Part shown: in pieces, positions 30,403-40,888 of the stretch | Position numbering within the stretch: position 1 is the first letter of the stretch | Layout of the letters: each line of letters starts with the position of its first letter | IMG/VR virus record: IMGVR_UViG_3300033512_000504 | DNA: 63,451 nt | Direction: 5' to 3' (one strand) | From: a virus | Program-made: the position numbers and the translations under genes | The notes under the pieces: model-generated | Database searches by the model: none | Told to the model about the DNA's origin: nothing | What the model saw: only the letters and a program-made list of their open reading frames with translations

Positions 30403-31020
30403 TTATGCAAACAAATCGTCATCGTCATCATCAAAGAAGCCTTCGAGTTCTCCGCTAGAAGCCTTGTCTTCCGATTTAACTGATTCAACTTTTTCTACCT
30501 TAACAACTTCTTTTACAGTCTCTTTCACTACTTCTTTCACAACCTCTTTTACAGGCTCTTCTACAGTATCATCTTCAAACAAAGATTCTTCCGCTTCAAC
30601 AGCTTTTGTTTCCACTTTAGTTTCTACTTTTGCTTCTGGCTTTACGACTTCAGCCAAATTAGCTGTAGATTCGTCCTTTTTCTGCTTCTGTTCAGCAACT
30701 ACCTGTATATGCTTCTTTTCAGCACCATTAGCGATATTTGGAATAGCACTAGTAGCAAGCCATTCAGGTATAGCTTTACTAATCGACTCTTCTACTTGAA
30801 TAGCTTGATCGATACCTTTACCAAGTTTTTCAGGTATAGACTTCATACTTCTTCTAAGAGAAACAACCAAATCATTTGTAAGTTGATCTTCCTTCTCAAT
30901 ACGCTCTTTTTCAGATGAATATTCTATAGACTCTTCTGCGTACTTTGTCAACTCAATATGCTGATAATTGCCAACATTTATTCTAACACTGATACATTCG
31001 GATATTTTTCTCTGCGACAT
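30403..31020 (-). CDS. hypothetical protein with VKEV repeats and acidic tail
   Basis: 205 aa with RBS. Confidence 0.6.
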   Translation of the reverse strand: MSQRKISECISVRINVGNYQHIELTKYAEESIEYSSEKERIEKEDQLTNDLVVSLRRSMKSIPEKLGKGIDQAIQVEESISKAIPEWLATSAIPNIANGAEKKHIQVVAEQKQKKDESTANLAEVVKPEAKVETKVETKAVEAEESLFEDDTVEEPVKEVVKEVVKETVKEVVKVEKVESVKSEDKASSGELEGFFDDDDDDLFA

Positions 31021-31088
31021 ACTAACCTCTCCTTGCTTATTAATTTAACTATGAAACATTATACAACAAAATCCGTATATTTAAAATT

Positions 31089-33014
31089 TTATATTGATAA
31101 ACCTGATCCACCAAATTTTGAAAAAATAGATCCGCCACCATATTGTTCCATCTTTTCAACCTGTTTTTTCTTTTGCTTTTTCTCATTATCTACATCGTTT
31201 TTTGCGGCATCATACATCTTTAACAATGTTTCTTTACCGACATGCCAACTCTCTTGCATACACCCATTTTCAACTAAAGCCTTGAAAACTCGACTATTAA
31301 CTTTTCTAGTTTCAACGGTATGAAGAAAATCCTTTAAATCCTTAAACGGCTGATGCTCAACAATACTTTCAACAGCTTTTGAGCCAACACCATCTAAAAC
31401 TGTCAATGGAGTTCGTAGCCCATCCTTTTCAATACCAGTTGATTCGTCCATAAAAGTAGCAATACTATACTTCAATCCACTTTTATTTATGTCTGGCGAT
31501 TTTATCATTATATCCATCCGCCTTGATTCCTGCTGATATGAAGCTAATTTCTTGCCTTTGTCAGAATTATTTATTTCCGAAGACAATAAACTACACATAA
31601 ATTCCAATGGATAATAAATTTTAAGCCAAGCAGTTTGATAAGCTAACATCGCATAAGCTGCACTATGTGATTTATTAAAACCGTATCCGCCAAAATATTC
31701 AATCTGCTCAAATATTGCCTTTGATGTCTTTTCATCAATATTGGAAAACGACTTGCAACCATCATAGAAACGAGTATCTAACTGTTCCTTTTTAATTAAC
31801 TCTGGCTTTTTCTTACCAACAACCTTTCTTAAAATATCAGCTTGACCAAGAGTAAAACCAGCTAGCTTTTGCACTACTTTCATTAAATCCTCTTGGAACA
31901 CAATAATTCCGTAAGTCTGATCAAGAACTTCGCCCATCTTAGGATGCAAATATTCAATCTTTTTACGCTTATGTTTGTAATCGCTATACAAATCATGTAC
32001 CCCTGCACCAAGCGGACCGGGACGATATAAAGCATTACACACAACTAAATCATTGAATGTATCAACATGAATACTCTTTAACAACTTTGATATTCCATGG
32101 GATTCGAACTGGAATATACCTCTATTATCCATATTCTTATACCCGCCGTTAAACAAAGCAAATACCTTTTTGTCATTAGGATCTAAATTGTCAATATCGA
32201 TATCAACACCATAACGTTTTTTAACGAGATTGAGAGTTTCTTCAATTACAGTCAGCGTTTTTAAGCCAAGCATGTCAAACTTCAAAAGACCAAGCTCTTC
32301 TACTTCTGACATTGTAAATTGAGAACAAATCGCCCCTTTAGATTCTCGAACAGGAATATGGTCAACGACAGGATCTTTGCAAATTATGATTCCAGATGCA
32401 TGAACACCAGCAGAAGAAACAATATTTTCGATTCTCCTACTTGCGTCTAGTAAATCAGGATATTTTAGCATTACATTTCGAAAAGCCTCTTCATCCTTCA
32501 ATGCAGATTCGATTGTTGTGCCGGGAACTTCTGGTATTAATTTTGCAATAAAATCAGCAACATCAAGACTCTTTTTCGTCATTTCAGCCTTGATATTGGG
32601 ATTACGTTTCTGATTTAACTGATAAATATCCCAATCGCCACCAATATCAATAGCCTTTGCAGCATACCTAATCGCCGCCTTCGCCTTAAAAGAATTATAG
32701 GTTCCGATTTTACAACAATAATCAGCACCATATTTGCGATTAATGTATTCGAAAATCTCATCACGTCTAAAATAATCAAAGTCAATATCTACATCGGGCG
32801 GACTAACTCGCTCTGGATTAATAAATCTCTCAAATAACAAACCATAAAGAATAGGATCAAGCTTGGTAATACCCAAAACATATAGACATAGACTACCTGC
32901 ACCAGAATTATGAACTGATAAACCTTCTACATTATATGCACTTAAATCTGGAACCGTTAAATCGTGTACTTTCCCTTGATATATTCTTCGAGTTATTTTC
33001 TTTATTTTAGCCAT
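31089..33014 (-). CDS. dnaE: DNA polymerase III alpha, C-terminal half, preceded by a 36-aa C-intein
   Basis: MAKIKKITRR...VHDLTV...VHN|SGAGSL; ERFINPERVSPPDVDIDF, GLLKFDMLGL, GFNKSHS. Confidence 0.95.
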   Translation of the reverse strand: MAKIKKITRRIYQGKVHDLTVPDLSAYNVEGLSVHNSGAGSLCLYVLGITKLDPILYGLLFERFINPERVSPPDVDIDFDYFRRDEIFEYINRKYGADYCCKIGTYNSFKAKAAIRYAAKAIDIGGDWDIYQLNQKRNPNIKAEMTKKSLDVADFIAKLIPEVPGTTIESALKDEEAFRNVMLKYPDLLDASRRIENIVSSAGVHASGIIICKDPVVDHIPVRESKGAICSQFTMSEVEELGLLKFDMLGLKTLTVIEETLNLVKKRYGVDIDIDNLDPNDKKVFALFNGGYKNMDNRGIFQFESHGISKLLKSIHVDTFNDLVVCNALYRPGPLGAGVHDLYSDYKHKRKKIEYLHPKMGEVLDQTYGIIVFQEDLMKVVQKLAGFTLGQADILRKVVGKKKPELIKKEQLDTRFYDGCKSFSNIDEKTSKAIFEQIEYFGGYGFNKSHSAAYAMLAYQTAWLKIYYPLEFMCSLLSSEINNSDKGKKLASYQQESRRMDIMIKSPDINKSGLKYSIATFMDESTGIEKDGLRTPLTVLDGVGSKAVESIVEHQPFKDLKDFLHTVETRKVNSRVFKALVENGCMQESWHVGKETLLKMYDAAKNDVDNEKKQKKKQVEKMEQYGGGSIFSKFGGSGLSI

Positions 33015-33958
33015 TTTTTTATTTTCACCTTCAAACTTTCTGTTTTACTATTTTCGTAAAAAACAATTTCGTCATAGTACTTTCTATAAAACTCCCTTAA
33101 GTATGTTTCTCGCCTAACATAGATACCCATATTATACAAATCATTCAATCCATAAACAACATATCTACTTCCAAATTCTTTCATTCCAGCGTTAAATTTT
33201 TCATGAAAATTATTATATTCTTTTGACCCTTTTATCTCTACTATTCTAGTTTTTCCATTTGAATATTTAACAAAAAAATCTGGATAATATTTTCTTTTAC
33301 AACCATTTGGATCAACGTAACTAATACTTCCTACAAATCTTTCTATAGACTTTATCTCAACGTTTTCCCAGCAATATGTCAAAAAGCACAATTCCCAACT
33401 ACTATCAAATCTGACATTCCTAATTGTACCACTCACATACGACTTAGAACATCTTTTATCTGCGTACATCGGGTCTTCTCGCATCAACTTCAATTGAGAA
33501 TCTCTTTGTTTATTTAAAGTTTCAGGTTTGTTTTGAGCTATTTTCTGAGCATTCGAATTATTATTTAGCCATTCTTGCGAACTTGTTGCATATCTCAATG
33601 AACATTTTCTGCAAATAGGCTTTGTACCACATATTTTCCTTATTTGCATCATTTTTATCGACATTATTTCATCTAAACCACATTCTTGACATATAAACTT
33701 TACTTTCTTTTTTGTTTTAAGCGTTTCTATAAAAGGTTTAACGAGATCATAATCCCAATATTCATCATTTAATTTATCTCTAAGTATTTCTGGGTAATAC
33801 TCTTTGCGAACCGATCCACCATGACTATGTAGCTTATAACACGGCTGGCAAATCGGTTCAGATGATTTTTCCCTCCGTTTTTGTAGCACTCCAATTTGTA
33901 TATCAAAATCATTTCCGCACTCTTGGCATTTAAACACTTCTCTATTTGCATTACTCAT
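33002..33958 (-). CDS. free-standing homing endonuclease (Zn fingers plus TnsA-like PD-(D/E)xK domain) between the dnaE halves
   Basis: CQECG twice, FDSSWE, YYPDF...IVEIKG. Confidence 0.8.
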   Translation of the reverse strand: MSNANREVFKCQECGNDFDIQIGVLQKRREKSSEPICQPCYKLHSHGGSVRKEYYPEILRDKLNDEYWDYDLVKPFIETLKTKKKVKFICQECGLDEIMSIKMMQIRKICGTKPICRKCSLRYATSSQEWLNNNSNAQKIAQNKPETLNKQRDSQLKLMREDPMYADKRCSKSYVSGTIRNVRFDSSWELCFLTYCWENVEIKSIERFVGSISYVDPNGCKRKYYPDFFVKYSNGKTRIVEIKGSKEYNNFHEKFNAGMKEFGSRYVVYGLNDLYNMGIYVRRETYLREFYRKYYDEIVFYENSKTESLKVKIKKWLK

Positions 33959-34049
33959 AAGTACCTCCTTTTCTTTTATTGCTTATGAGTAATAGTTCTA
34001 TATTTTAGTCGCAACCTCCTTCTTCCTACTCCAATTAAAATAACCTACC

Positions 34050-35453
34050 TCAACCAATACCGTCTTCAATATCAAATATTTCATCGTTTTCTGTCAAATT
34101 CCCAGCCTCTACAAAAACTAAAATGCCGTTTCTTTTAACATGTATTTTGTGATCTAATGTACAAGATATCTTTCTTCCGTCTTCCGTTTCTATTTCTACT
34201 ATTTCTTCGTCAATGTCATAATCCAACAAGTTCGTAACCTCATGATATTTACCATCATACGCCAGCACTTCATCCTCAAGAGTTACATCTTTTATAGCCT
34301 TCAATCCTAGTTTGCATTGAACTTTGGTTTCAGGAATAAAACAACCACGTCCAACTCCTGTCCTAATTGATTGTTGTCTGGCGTAATTTATAACATCCCA
34401 AAGAGTAAGGAAATACCTAACAAATCCGCAACGAACAATCAATTCCATTTCCATCTTGATACGTTCTCTATATTCTGGCTTTGTAAGTAGCCCTCTAGAT
34501 TTCATGCCATCTTTGATCAACTCCTTGAGATATTTTTCCTCGGTATCAAACCCATCTGGCAAATTGAAAAACGGCAATAAATCTTTTGATGGAATTAAGA
34601 TAGCATCGTTTTCAACCTTTTCAAAAATATCCATTGTATTCGTCAATAATTCTGGAGCACTCTTATACAATTCGTACATCTCTTCGTATGGACGTATATG
34701 AAACTCGTTACCATTAAATGTGAAACGTTTTGGATTTTTTATATGGTCATGAGTCTGCATTGATAACATAATGTCATGATATTTTGAATCGCATGCCTCT
34801 GCGTAGTGAGAGTCGTTAGTGCAAACCGCCTTGATATTTAATTTCTTAGCCAATAGATATAATTTCTTGGCTATTTTACGTTCATTGTTCTCTTGCTCTT
34901 TTGCCTCTTTATTATATTTATGCATCATGATTTCTATATAAAAATCATCACCAAATATTTCCTTATACTGGTTCGCAAAATCCAATGCTCCTTTTTCATC
35001 ATCTTGTAAAACTTTTGACGGCAACTCTCCAACACAACATGCGGTCAAACATATAATACCTTCATGATACTTCTTCAATAAATCCAAATCAATCCTAGGT
35101 TTATAATATTTACCAGCAGTTTCCGCAATAGTCGATAAATTCATCAAGTTTTGAACGCCTATATGATTTTTAGCAAGCAAAACTAAATGATGACGTGGAG
35201 AATCTTTATCACGAGAACGATGATCAGAGCACATGTATACTTCATTACCCAAAATAGGTTTTATTCCAGCTTCCTTACATGCCTTTTGAAAATCATACCA
35301 TCCTCCACAAGACCCATGATCCGTAATAGCCAATGATTTAAAGCCTTTTTTAACAGCCGATGCTACCATGCTTTCAGGAGATGAAAATCCATCCAAAACA
35401 CTATAATAGCTATGATTGTGTAAATGAACAAAATCGTGGATTACTTGTTCCAT
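34050..35453 (-). CDS. dnaE: DNA polymerase III alpha, N-terminal half (PHP domain) fused to an N-intein
   Basis: FVHLHNHSYYSVLDG, AITDHG, TNDSHY; GVGRG|CFIPETKV...SCTLDHKI intein blocks A and B. Confidence 0.95.
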   Translation of the reverse strand: MEQVIHDFVHLHNHSYYSVLDGFSSPESMVASAVKKGFKSLAITDHGSCGGWYDFQKACKEAGIKPILGNEVYMCSDHRSRDKDSPRHHLVLLAKNHIGVQNLMNLSTIAETAGKYYKPRIDLDLLKKYHEGIICLTACCVGELPSKVLQDDEKGALDFANQYKEIFGDDFYIEIMMHKYNKEAKEQENNERKIAKKLYLLAKKLNIKAVCTNDSHYAEACDSKYHDIMLSMQTHDHIKNPKRFTFNGNEFHIRPYEEMYELYKSAPELLTNTMDIFEKVENDAILIPSKDLLPFFNLPDGFDTEEKYLKELIKDGMKSRGLLTKPEYRERIKMEMELIVRCGFVRYFLTLWDVINYARQQSIRTGVGRGCFIPETKVQCKLGLKAIKDVTLEDEVLAYDGKYHEVTNLLDYDIDEEIVEIETEDGRKISCTLDHKIHVKRNGILVFVEAGNLTENDEIFDIEDGIG

Positions 35454-35454
35454 G

Positions 35455-35949
35455 CTACTTTAAACTCCTCTTGAAAATCCTAGTTTCAATAGATTTTATT
35501 CTCTGATAGATTACATTATGAATAAAATCCAACAATTCATCAGCAAATACAATCCAATTATAAGTATCAATATCGACATTAGGAATACGGATATCATCAT
35601 CCAATCCTGAACTATTTGGATAATCAGACGTTTTTACATTAACATTTACACCGTCAGTCCATATATAAATAGTCCTGTCAAAACCATTCTTAGTTAGTTT
35701 AAATACACGGTACGATTCGTCACTTTGCAGCCTATCTATATTGCTGGTGATATTATCAATAATCTTGGCATCTACAAAGCATTTTAAAATCGCATGTATT
35801 CTGGTTGCCATTCGGGTTAATAAAAGTTTATGATCCGCTGTCAATTTTGATGGCATTTCACCAACCGCTTTCATAAACGCCTTATGTACCTCAGAAATAC
35901 GACTTTGAATCAATGGCAAATTCACTGTTGGCAGATTAGATGTTGACAT
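35455..35949 (-). CDS. hypothetical protein
   Basis: 164 aa, coupled to neighbours. Confidence 0.55.
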   Translation of the reverse strand: MSTSNLPTVNLPLIQSRISEVHKAFMKAVGEMPSKLTADHKLLLTRMATRIHAILKCFVDAKIIDNITSNIDRLQSDESYRVFKLTKNGFDRTIYIWTDGVNVNVKTSDYPNSSGLDDDIRIPNVDIDTYNWIVFADELLDFIHNVIYQRIKSIETRIFKRSLK

Positions 35950-36547
35950 AGCGATTAATCTCCTTTTTTACCTCTTCAAGAACATCCTGACAAGACATAC
36001 TCGTTGTATCAATAGATAATACAGTAATATTTTTAGATCTAAGATACTTTGCCAATTCATTACGATAAAGACCAATAAGCTTCTTCATCGTTTCAGCATC
36101 TTGAGTCCATTTGCATTTACCATGATCGGGATTAGAATCTCGTTCGGACAATACTCGGTTAATTAAAATATCATCATCCCCATCCAATAATATAACTAGA
36201 TCAATCTTTTCTTCTGGATGAATGGTATGTTCTAGAAAATCAACCGACAATCCCTGCAACAAACATTGATAGATATAAGTCGAAGTCCACCACCTATCAG
36301 CGACTACCACAACATCTTTATTATGGACACACCTAACATATTCATCCATTCTTGCTGCACTAAAAAGCAAAAACTGTACTCTCTTATCTATGTCTATCCA
36401 AGGATCAGTTCCACGACAAGCGGGACGCAGAATCTTGGCAAGTGGAGTTCCGTTTGGACTTGACAAGGTTTCATACCCTTCTTTTGATAATGAATTGATT
36501 AGTGACGTTTTCCCGCTACCATTTGGACCTTCCACAACTACAAACAT
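35936..36547 (-). CDS. tmk: thymidylate kinase
   Basis: VEGPNGSGKTS, LLFSAAR, ADRWWTSTYIYQ. Confidence 0.9.
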   Translation of the reverse strand: MFVVVEGPNGSGKTSLINSLSKEGYETLSSPNGTPLAKILRPACRGTDPWIDIDKRVQFLLFSAARMDEYVRCVHNKDVVVVADRWWTSTYIYQCLLQGLSVDFLEHTIHPEEKIDLVILLDGDDDILINRVLSERDSNPDHGKCKWTQDAETMKKLIGLYRNELAKYLRSKNITVLSIDTTSMSCQDVLEEVKKEINRYVNI

Positions 36548-36597
36548 TTTTGCCTCCCTTGTTTATTATTCTTTCTAAATATTATACAGAGACAAAC

Positions 36598-37455
36598 CTA
36601 ATCAGTTTTAATATTCTTTAAAATATCTACAAACGTTGAATAAAACTGCTCACTTTTGGAAGGTGATGGATTGATTTCCCATGTACTCCTGAGGCATTTC
36701 TTTTCACCAACTTGAGATTGATAAACCTTTTTAGTACAAAGATATCCAGCCTTTTGACCTTGATCAATATTGTTCCAATTTATCCCCTTTAACGTAAACA
36801 ACATTTCTTGCATATCTGAATTAGTTTTACCTTGCAATTCCTTATGAGAGAAATTAGATTGAGCTAACATATTAATGGAATTACGCAAAGCATCATTGTA
36901 ACGCCATAAGAAATAATTAGCAACATCATCCTCAGGAATATTAAAGCAACGACAATCGAATGATGGCCAAGACTCACTGTGAGTTAAATACGGTTTATCG
37001 TTTTCTTGCTGGAATTTAGTTCTTTCATCCAAATCTTCCGAAGAATCTACACTCCTGAAAAAGAGACGTTGACGCTCTAGTTCCGCCAACGAGATCAACT
37101 TGCAAAATTCTGCGGTTGCCATACTGGGAATTACCGACACAATCTTCTGAACGGAATAATCAAAATAAGCACTAGTCTTTATAGTATCATAATCGGCAAT
37201 CAAAATAGAAATTTCATCAGAATGACGTTCGGCGATTTTAGCCCCCTGAACATCCTTGCAAATTTTCTTCATGACATTATTCATGCAACCATTGAACGTT
37301 TGATCATATGGTCTTTTAAATCTTCTGCAAAAAGTGGAAAAACACTTACCATCCACTCTAACTATAACGGGGGTTCGCCTTAATAGCTGTTTTTTATTTT
37401 GATTTTCATACATTTTCATTCTATCGCCGAGAGCATCTTTCATTTTTTCCTCCAA
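36598..37455 (-). CDS. thg1: Thg1-like tRNA(His) guanylyltransferase / 3'-5' polymerase
   Basis: DRMKMYE, VRVDGKCFS, SDEISI, FDCR, YFLWR...RNSI, GINWN. Confidence 0.92.
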   Translation of the reverse strand: MEEKMKDALGDRMKMYENQNKKQLLRRTPVIVRVDGKCFSTFCRRFKRPYDQTFNGCMNNVMKKICKDVQGAKIAERHSDEISILIADYDTIKTSAYFDYSVQKIVSVIPSMATAEFCKLISLAELERQRLFFRSVDSSEDLDERTKFQQENDKPYLTHSESWPSFDCRCFNIPEDDVANYFLWRYNDALRNSINMLAQSNFSHKELQGKTNSDMQEMLFTLKGINWNNIDQGQKAGYLCTKKVYQSQVGEKKCLRSTWEINPSPSKSEQFYSTFVDILKNIKTD

Positions 37456-38264
37456 TATTTACCCACCAAAGGATATTCCCCATTTTTATTTTTGATACGT
37501 TTACCTGTTGTTCGCTCTGTAAATTGTCTTCCGCACATAATGCATAAATATTTTTGTTCTCCTCTTATCTTACCATTGCGAATTATATCTTCACCTCCGC
37601 AAAAAGCACATGCAGGGAATGTTTTAATTTCTTCAAACAATTTGTATTGATTATTTCTCCAAATAATTGCTTTCCTTTCTAATGGAAAATCACAATCAAT
37701 ACATCTTAAAAAAGATCTGCAATCTTCAGTTTTTAATAATCTTATTGTCGGATGAATCCCATCCATATATAATTTAAACTCAACATTATATAAACTATTT
37801 AATTTATTAACCAATATCTCCGTTTCTTCAAAAGAAAAAGCATGAGTCGCAAACTTAACATCAAATCTTGTCTTGTTCAATTTATCTTTTGGAGGAATTA
37901 CACATCCATCATCAGCCATCCAAATTTGCACCATTTCATTATTTAAAACTAAATCATACGGAACTTTTTTGACACCATCAATATACCATCTTTCGTGAAG
38001 TTTTGTAAAAATTATATCCGATTTACTTCGCAAACCTATTTGCCGATATGTTTTGCCAGTTCTTTTATCAAATATATCTCTTTCATAAACACCTTTGGGT
38101 GTAATATATTGTTGCAGAATGGCAGCACTCCACAATAGATATTCTTTGTCAATCAAAGCTCTATTAATTTTCAAAGACGCATTGTACGTTTGTTTTCTTC
38201 TCTCCAAAAACCCATCTCCCAACATAAAACCGTTTAATATATTATTTATTTCCATACTCCACAC
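37440..38264 (-). CDS. LAGLIDADG homing endonuclease with C-terminal Zn ribbon
   Basis: GFMLGDG and WMADDG motifs; CAFC...CIMCGRQF. Confidence 0.85.
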   Translation of the reverse strand: MWSMEINNILNGFMLGDGFLERRKQTYNASLKINRALIDKEYLLWSAAILQQYITPKGVYERDIFDKRTGKTYRQIGLRSKSDIIFTKLHERWYIDGVKKVPYDLVLNNEMVQIWMADDGCVIPPKDKLNKTRFDVKFATHAFSFEETEILVNKLNSLYNVEFKLYMDGIHPTIRLLKTEDCRSFLRCIDCDFPLERKAIIWRNNQYKLFEEIKTFPACAFCGGEDIIRNGKIRGEQKYLCIMCGRQFTERTTGKRIKNKNGEYPLVGKYWRKK

Positions 38265-38321
38265 TCCTTTTTATTGTGTGAAATATATTTCCATACAGGT
38301 CGTTTAATCTCCTCTTATTTT

Positions 38322-38588
38322 TTAGATATAATGTTTTTCTTTATTACCCAAATCCTTATAAGACATTTCCCATTCAACAGTATCAACTCTTTTTGCAATT
38401 TTATACTCGTAAAGTCCACCACAATCTATCCAAGCTTTGCAACTTTCTTTCCACTGTTCGGGAGTTTCTCCGTACTTTTGAATTAAAAAATCGCCCGTTA
38501 CTTCATCCCATTCATCCCATTTTTTCCATTGGCTGTCATACCAACGGCGAAATAAAATATAACTATGATCAGATTTAGATTCTATCAT
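38322..38588 (-). CDS. hypothetical protein
   Basis: 88 aa ORF. Confidence 0.5.
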   Translation of the reverse strand: MIESKSDHSYILFRRWYDSQWKKWDEWDEVTGDFLIQKYGETPEQWKESCKAWIDCGGLYEYKIAKRVDTVEWEMSYKDLGNKEKHYI

Positions 38589-39013
38589 TTTGGAACCTCA
38601 TTCTCCATATGCGATATAACAGCCTTATTAGGATTTTTACGCTTACGACGAGAATAAGGCTTTTTCACAATCTTATTATTAGTATTTGTAGTATTCTTCG
38701 TGTTATTGTATTTTACGGCATTCGGATCATTAACATCTCCAATATGATGTTGAAACGATTTTATTTGAAAAATAGTAATAGCTGTTGTTGGATTTATATA
38801 TACAAATCCACAATCAATAGCATCCTGAACAAATGTATCGAAGTTCTCACTATAATCAACTTTATCCAGCCATAATGTGTTTTTACCGCCGAAAGATATC
38901 AACGCTTCTTTTAATACAGAATAGCAAACATCACTTGACGGACTATTCAACTTGCAATCTTCGTAAATAATCTTGACATATTTTTCCATAAAACTCCTTA
39001 CCATATTATTCAA
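38585..39013 (-). CDS. hypothetical protein
   Basis: 142 aa ORF. Confidence 0.5.
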   Translation of the reverse strand: MNNMVRSFMEKYVKIIYEDCKLNSPSSDVCYSVLKEALISFGGKNTLWLDKVDYSENFDTFVQDAIDCGFVYINPTTAITIFQIKSFQHHIGDVNDPNAVKYNNTKNTTNTNNKIVKKPYSRRKRKNPNKAVISHMENEVPK

Positions 39014-39038
39014 TGCTAATTTTCAACATTATTATACT

Positions 39039-39764
39039 TCAAAAGACAATGATTTCAAGATATTGTTTTTTCATGTAATTTTCTATTTTAAAATTATCTA
39101 ATTCGTTTTTAAAATTAATCAAATGAGAACCTAAATGTTCATTACCCTGAATGGATCTATATAAATCCAAGTCGCCCTTCTTTATCCTATCTGACAACTC
39201 AATAACTCTTTTACCGATATAGGTTGACCCATGACATATCTCTAATTGCCGTCCTAAAACAAGCAACATTCGGTGGGTAAGAGCTTGTTGTATTGCCATT
39301 TCTTTATCATGCTCTTCAATACCGTTGTACCATACTATTTGAGATTGCGTTATAACAGCTATCTCTTTGGCAAAATTATCATCGAAATCATTTCTTAGTA
39401 ATCCGACTTTTCGATCATCTAAATTGGGCGTTGCAGATGGACGAAATAAAATATGCATTGATCTTATGTCAATATTTTCAAACTCAAACATCTTTTCATC
39501 TACCCATGACTTAAGAGATGACTGCTCAATAATTATTTTGCCTTGTAAAACACCTGAGTAACGCAAAATCCAATCAACTGTCATATTTAATGGAACGCAT
39601 AAAAATATAACATCAGATTTATTAATTCTTTCTAATGTTTCAGATTCGGTTTCTTTAATATCTACGCACCATATATCTAAAGCTTTTGGCATTACTTTTA
39701 ATAATCCGCTTAAAATAAAACTGCCAATTTCGCCTTTGTATCCTACTACCAATGGACTATTCAC
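39039..39764 (-). CDS. tyrA: prephenate dehydrogenase-like protein
   Basis: VVGYKGEIG, DVIFLCVP, SSLK, HILF, EEHDKEMAIQQALTH. Confidence 0.75.
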   Translation of the reverse strand: MNSPLVVGYKGEIGSFILSGLLKVMPKALDIWCVDIKETESETLERINKSDVIFLCVPLNMTVDWILRYSGVLQGKIIIEQSSLKSWVDEKMFEFENIDIRSMHILFRPSATPNLDDRKVGLLRNDFDDNFAKEIAVITQSQIVWYNGIEEHDKEMAIQQALTHRMLLVLGRQLEICHGSTYIGKRVIELSDRIKKGDLDLYRSIQGNEHLGSHLINFKNELDNFKIENYMKKQYLEIIVF

Positions 39765-39778
39765 GATATTTCCTTTCT

Positions 39779-40072
39779 TTATTCGTTACCTTCTGTCGGT
39801 TTGTCACTAAAAAATGGTATATTGACATCAATTTTTATGTTTAAATCACTTTCCCATGTTGGATTATACGCAAGTTCGAATCCTTCAAATTGCTTAAACA
39901 TCACCATTCCTCTCATTATTTTTCCATCTTTTTTATAAAAATCTGCGGAAAGAATCGTATAACCTTTTTTTACAGCCTCTTTGGCCATCCATTTGATTTT
40001 GTTTTGAGCGTTTTTGTATTTTTTATTAAAACTAATCAATCTATCTGGATGTTTTTTATTAAAATCTTTCAT
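39779..40072 (-). CDS. hypothetical protein
   Basis: 97 aa ORF bounded by junction repeats. Confidence 0.5.
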   Translation of the reverse strand: MKDFNKKHPDRLISFNKKYKNAQNKIKWMAKEAVKKGYTILSADFYKKDGKIMRGMVMFKQFEGFELAYNPTWESDLNIKIDVNIPFFSDKPTEGNE

Positions 40073-40630
40073 TTCGTTACCTTCTGTCGGCTTGTATCAA
40101 GTGTATACATTATTTTTCTTTGTTGTGATACTTTCTATTCACACCATTTTATACAATTTTCCGTAGTGCAAGAGGAGTGGATATGACCATTATAGTGGTC
40201 GCTTATCATGAACCATCTTTTACCCGTTATGCATATTGGACAATCAATCACACCTTCAACAAATTCATTTCCTTTTGGATGCTTTTCTCGTATAGCTTTC
40301 CTGCAAATTCTTATTTTATCCATCATGTCATTTAATTCAGCCGCTTCCTCGTCAATCAGATATGAATTACATTCTGACAAAGTTGGCGTGTTACCAAATA
40401 TCAACCCAATATCAACTAGTTCGATTTTTTTACTCCTATCTTTTTCTTTTACCTCTTCTGCCGTTTTGTCACCTTTAACTTTAGCCATTATCTCGTCAAA
40501 CATCTTTCTATCTATCAAAACAAACTCATCGAAAACGGCTAACCCTTCTTTTTGTGCGAGAAAGTCCTTAATGGTTTCTATTATCTTCATTTGCAATATC
40601 TCCTTTTTCGTTACCTTCTGTCAGTTTGTC
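39782..40630 (-). repeat. three dispersed ~24-bp repeats (ACAAxCYGACAGAAGGTAACGAA) at gene junctions
   Basis: Copies at 39782-39805, 40073-40095 and 40607-40630. Confidence 0.8.
40135..40596 (-). CDS. hypothetical protein with CPIC...H..C...C motif
   Basis: 153 aa with RBS. Confidence 0.55.
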   Translation of the reverse strand: MQMKIIETIKDFLAQKEGLAVFDEFVLIDRKMFDEIMAKVKGDKTAEEVKEKDRSKKIELVDIGLIFGNTPTLSECNSYLIDEEAAELNDMMDKIRICRKAIREKHPKGNEFVEGVIDCPICITGKRWFMISDHYNGHIHSSCTTENCIKWCE

Positions 40631-40888
40631 GTTAATTAAAAACAGAAGATGTTCATAACATTTTTTACAACAATGTAACTTGGCACATCTTTTATCCATA
40701 TCTGGTGGACTAAAAACCAATGCTCCTAGTTCGGTCTGCTCATTTTTACAAAAGTCACAATCTGGTATGTTCATTGCTTTACAATAGTGAGCGGGAAAGC
40801 CTACGAGCTTCAGTCGTAGGATGAAAGTGAACAATTTAAATATATTTTCATCTTTTTAAAATAAAAGAAGGAATTATACATCTGACTA

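Noticed and set aside
4286-31323. Numerous short plus-strand ORFs antisense to long genes
   Set aside because: Fully nested opposite well-supported genes, with low-complexity Ser/Phe/Leu-rich translations.
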